NCBI GenBank assembly: GCA_008690995.1
Contig: VRMN01000001.1
Location: 186,001 to 250,000 of the forward strand
Direction: 5' to 3'
Length of the DNA: 64,000 bases
From: Porphyridium purpureum
Lineage: Eukaryota
Shown here: piece by piece, positions 63,583-64,000 of the stretch
Layout: every line of letters begins with the position of its first letter
Position numbering within the stretch: the first letter of the stretch is position 1
Notes under the pieces: generated by a model
The model's input: the letters and a program-made list of their open reading frames with translations, nothing else
Told to the model about the DNA's origin: nothing
The model's database searches: none
Translations under genes and position numbers: made by a program

Positions 63583-63999
63583 TCACCAGCTCGCGGACTG
63601 CAGCACGAGACTAGCCAGGATGCTCTGGTATAGGACGCTGTCCTTGTTGGACTCGTCAACGATAGAGTCCACCAGCTGTTTGATGTCCGACGGAGACGCC
63701 TTGCGCGCGCGCTGCTGAGCCAGAAACTGTTCAGCGACTTGGCGCAGCCTTGTAATTGCCATGGACAAGTCACGGTGGATCGCATTGTCATTGGCTTCAT
63801 CGTCCTGCTCCTCTGTTCTCACCCCGCTCCGCCGGAGCGCATCGCGCGAGCGCAGAGCTTGAACGCGTGTATTGAGTGCCGCACTCATTTGTCCGTTAGT
63901 TGACAATGTGTTGTCCGTGATTTCTCCAGCTTTCGAAATCGCAACGGCTGATTCTAGTTCTTCATCCGTTGCATCTTGAAAGAAGCCAAAGGACGCCGA
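63583..63999 (-). CDS. 3' end of a gene that starts beyond the window; weakly FATC-like C-terminus
   Basis: The frame is open from the window edge (63999) to the TGA at 63583. The protein ends ..ITRLRQVA..VDSIVDESNKDSVLYQ..SW. Confidence 0.55.
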   Translation of the reverse strand, partial: SASFGFFQDATDEELESAVAISKAGEITDNTLSTNGQMSAALNTRVQALRSRDALRRSGVRTEEQDDEANDNAIHRDLSMAITRLRQVAEQFLAQQRARKASPSDIKQLVDSIVDESNKDSVLYQSILASLVLQSASW

Positions 64000-64000
64000 A

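Noticed and set aside
1..64000. CRISPR arrays, tRNA and rRNA genes
   Set aside because: None seen. The short repeats lack spacer structure and the only tRNA-like sequence is the copia PBS.

Overview
Eukaryotic nuclear DNA from an intron-poor, GC-rich unicellular red alga. A 288-aa phycobilisome linker matching my recollection of LRC5 suggests Porphyridium. The first block (about 1-19500) is a transposon graveyard. It holds a broken Tc1/DD34E element, a young full-length Ty1/copia (3435-8196), decayed GalEa-like copia fragments and unassignable pseudogene-like sequence. The copia has identical 363-bp LTRs, an AAGAC TSD, TG..GA ends and a half-tRNAiMet PBS. The second block (about 20260-64000) packs about 21 intronless genes: BAP31, a PICOT/GRX3-type glutaredoxin, copine, a PhoX-like phosphatase, a CAMK-like kinase, a DegT aminotransferase, a DUF2103 protein, GAR1, ChrA, LRC5, a metalloprotease, FHA-Pin1, NAA25, an Egt2-like lyase, Aquarius and others. 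Two observations stand out. First, a Myb/SANT-like domain sits between integrase and RT of the young copia and is a candidate targeting module. Second, there is an apparently rewired TSET/TPLATE coat: a TCUP/TML-like longin domain fused to a TTRAY/alpha-COP-type C-terminal domain, about 12 kb from a TSAUCER/TASH3-like gene. All family assignments come from motif recognition by eye and need HMM or structure confirmation.
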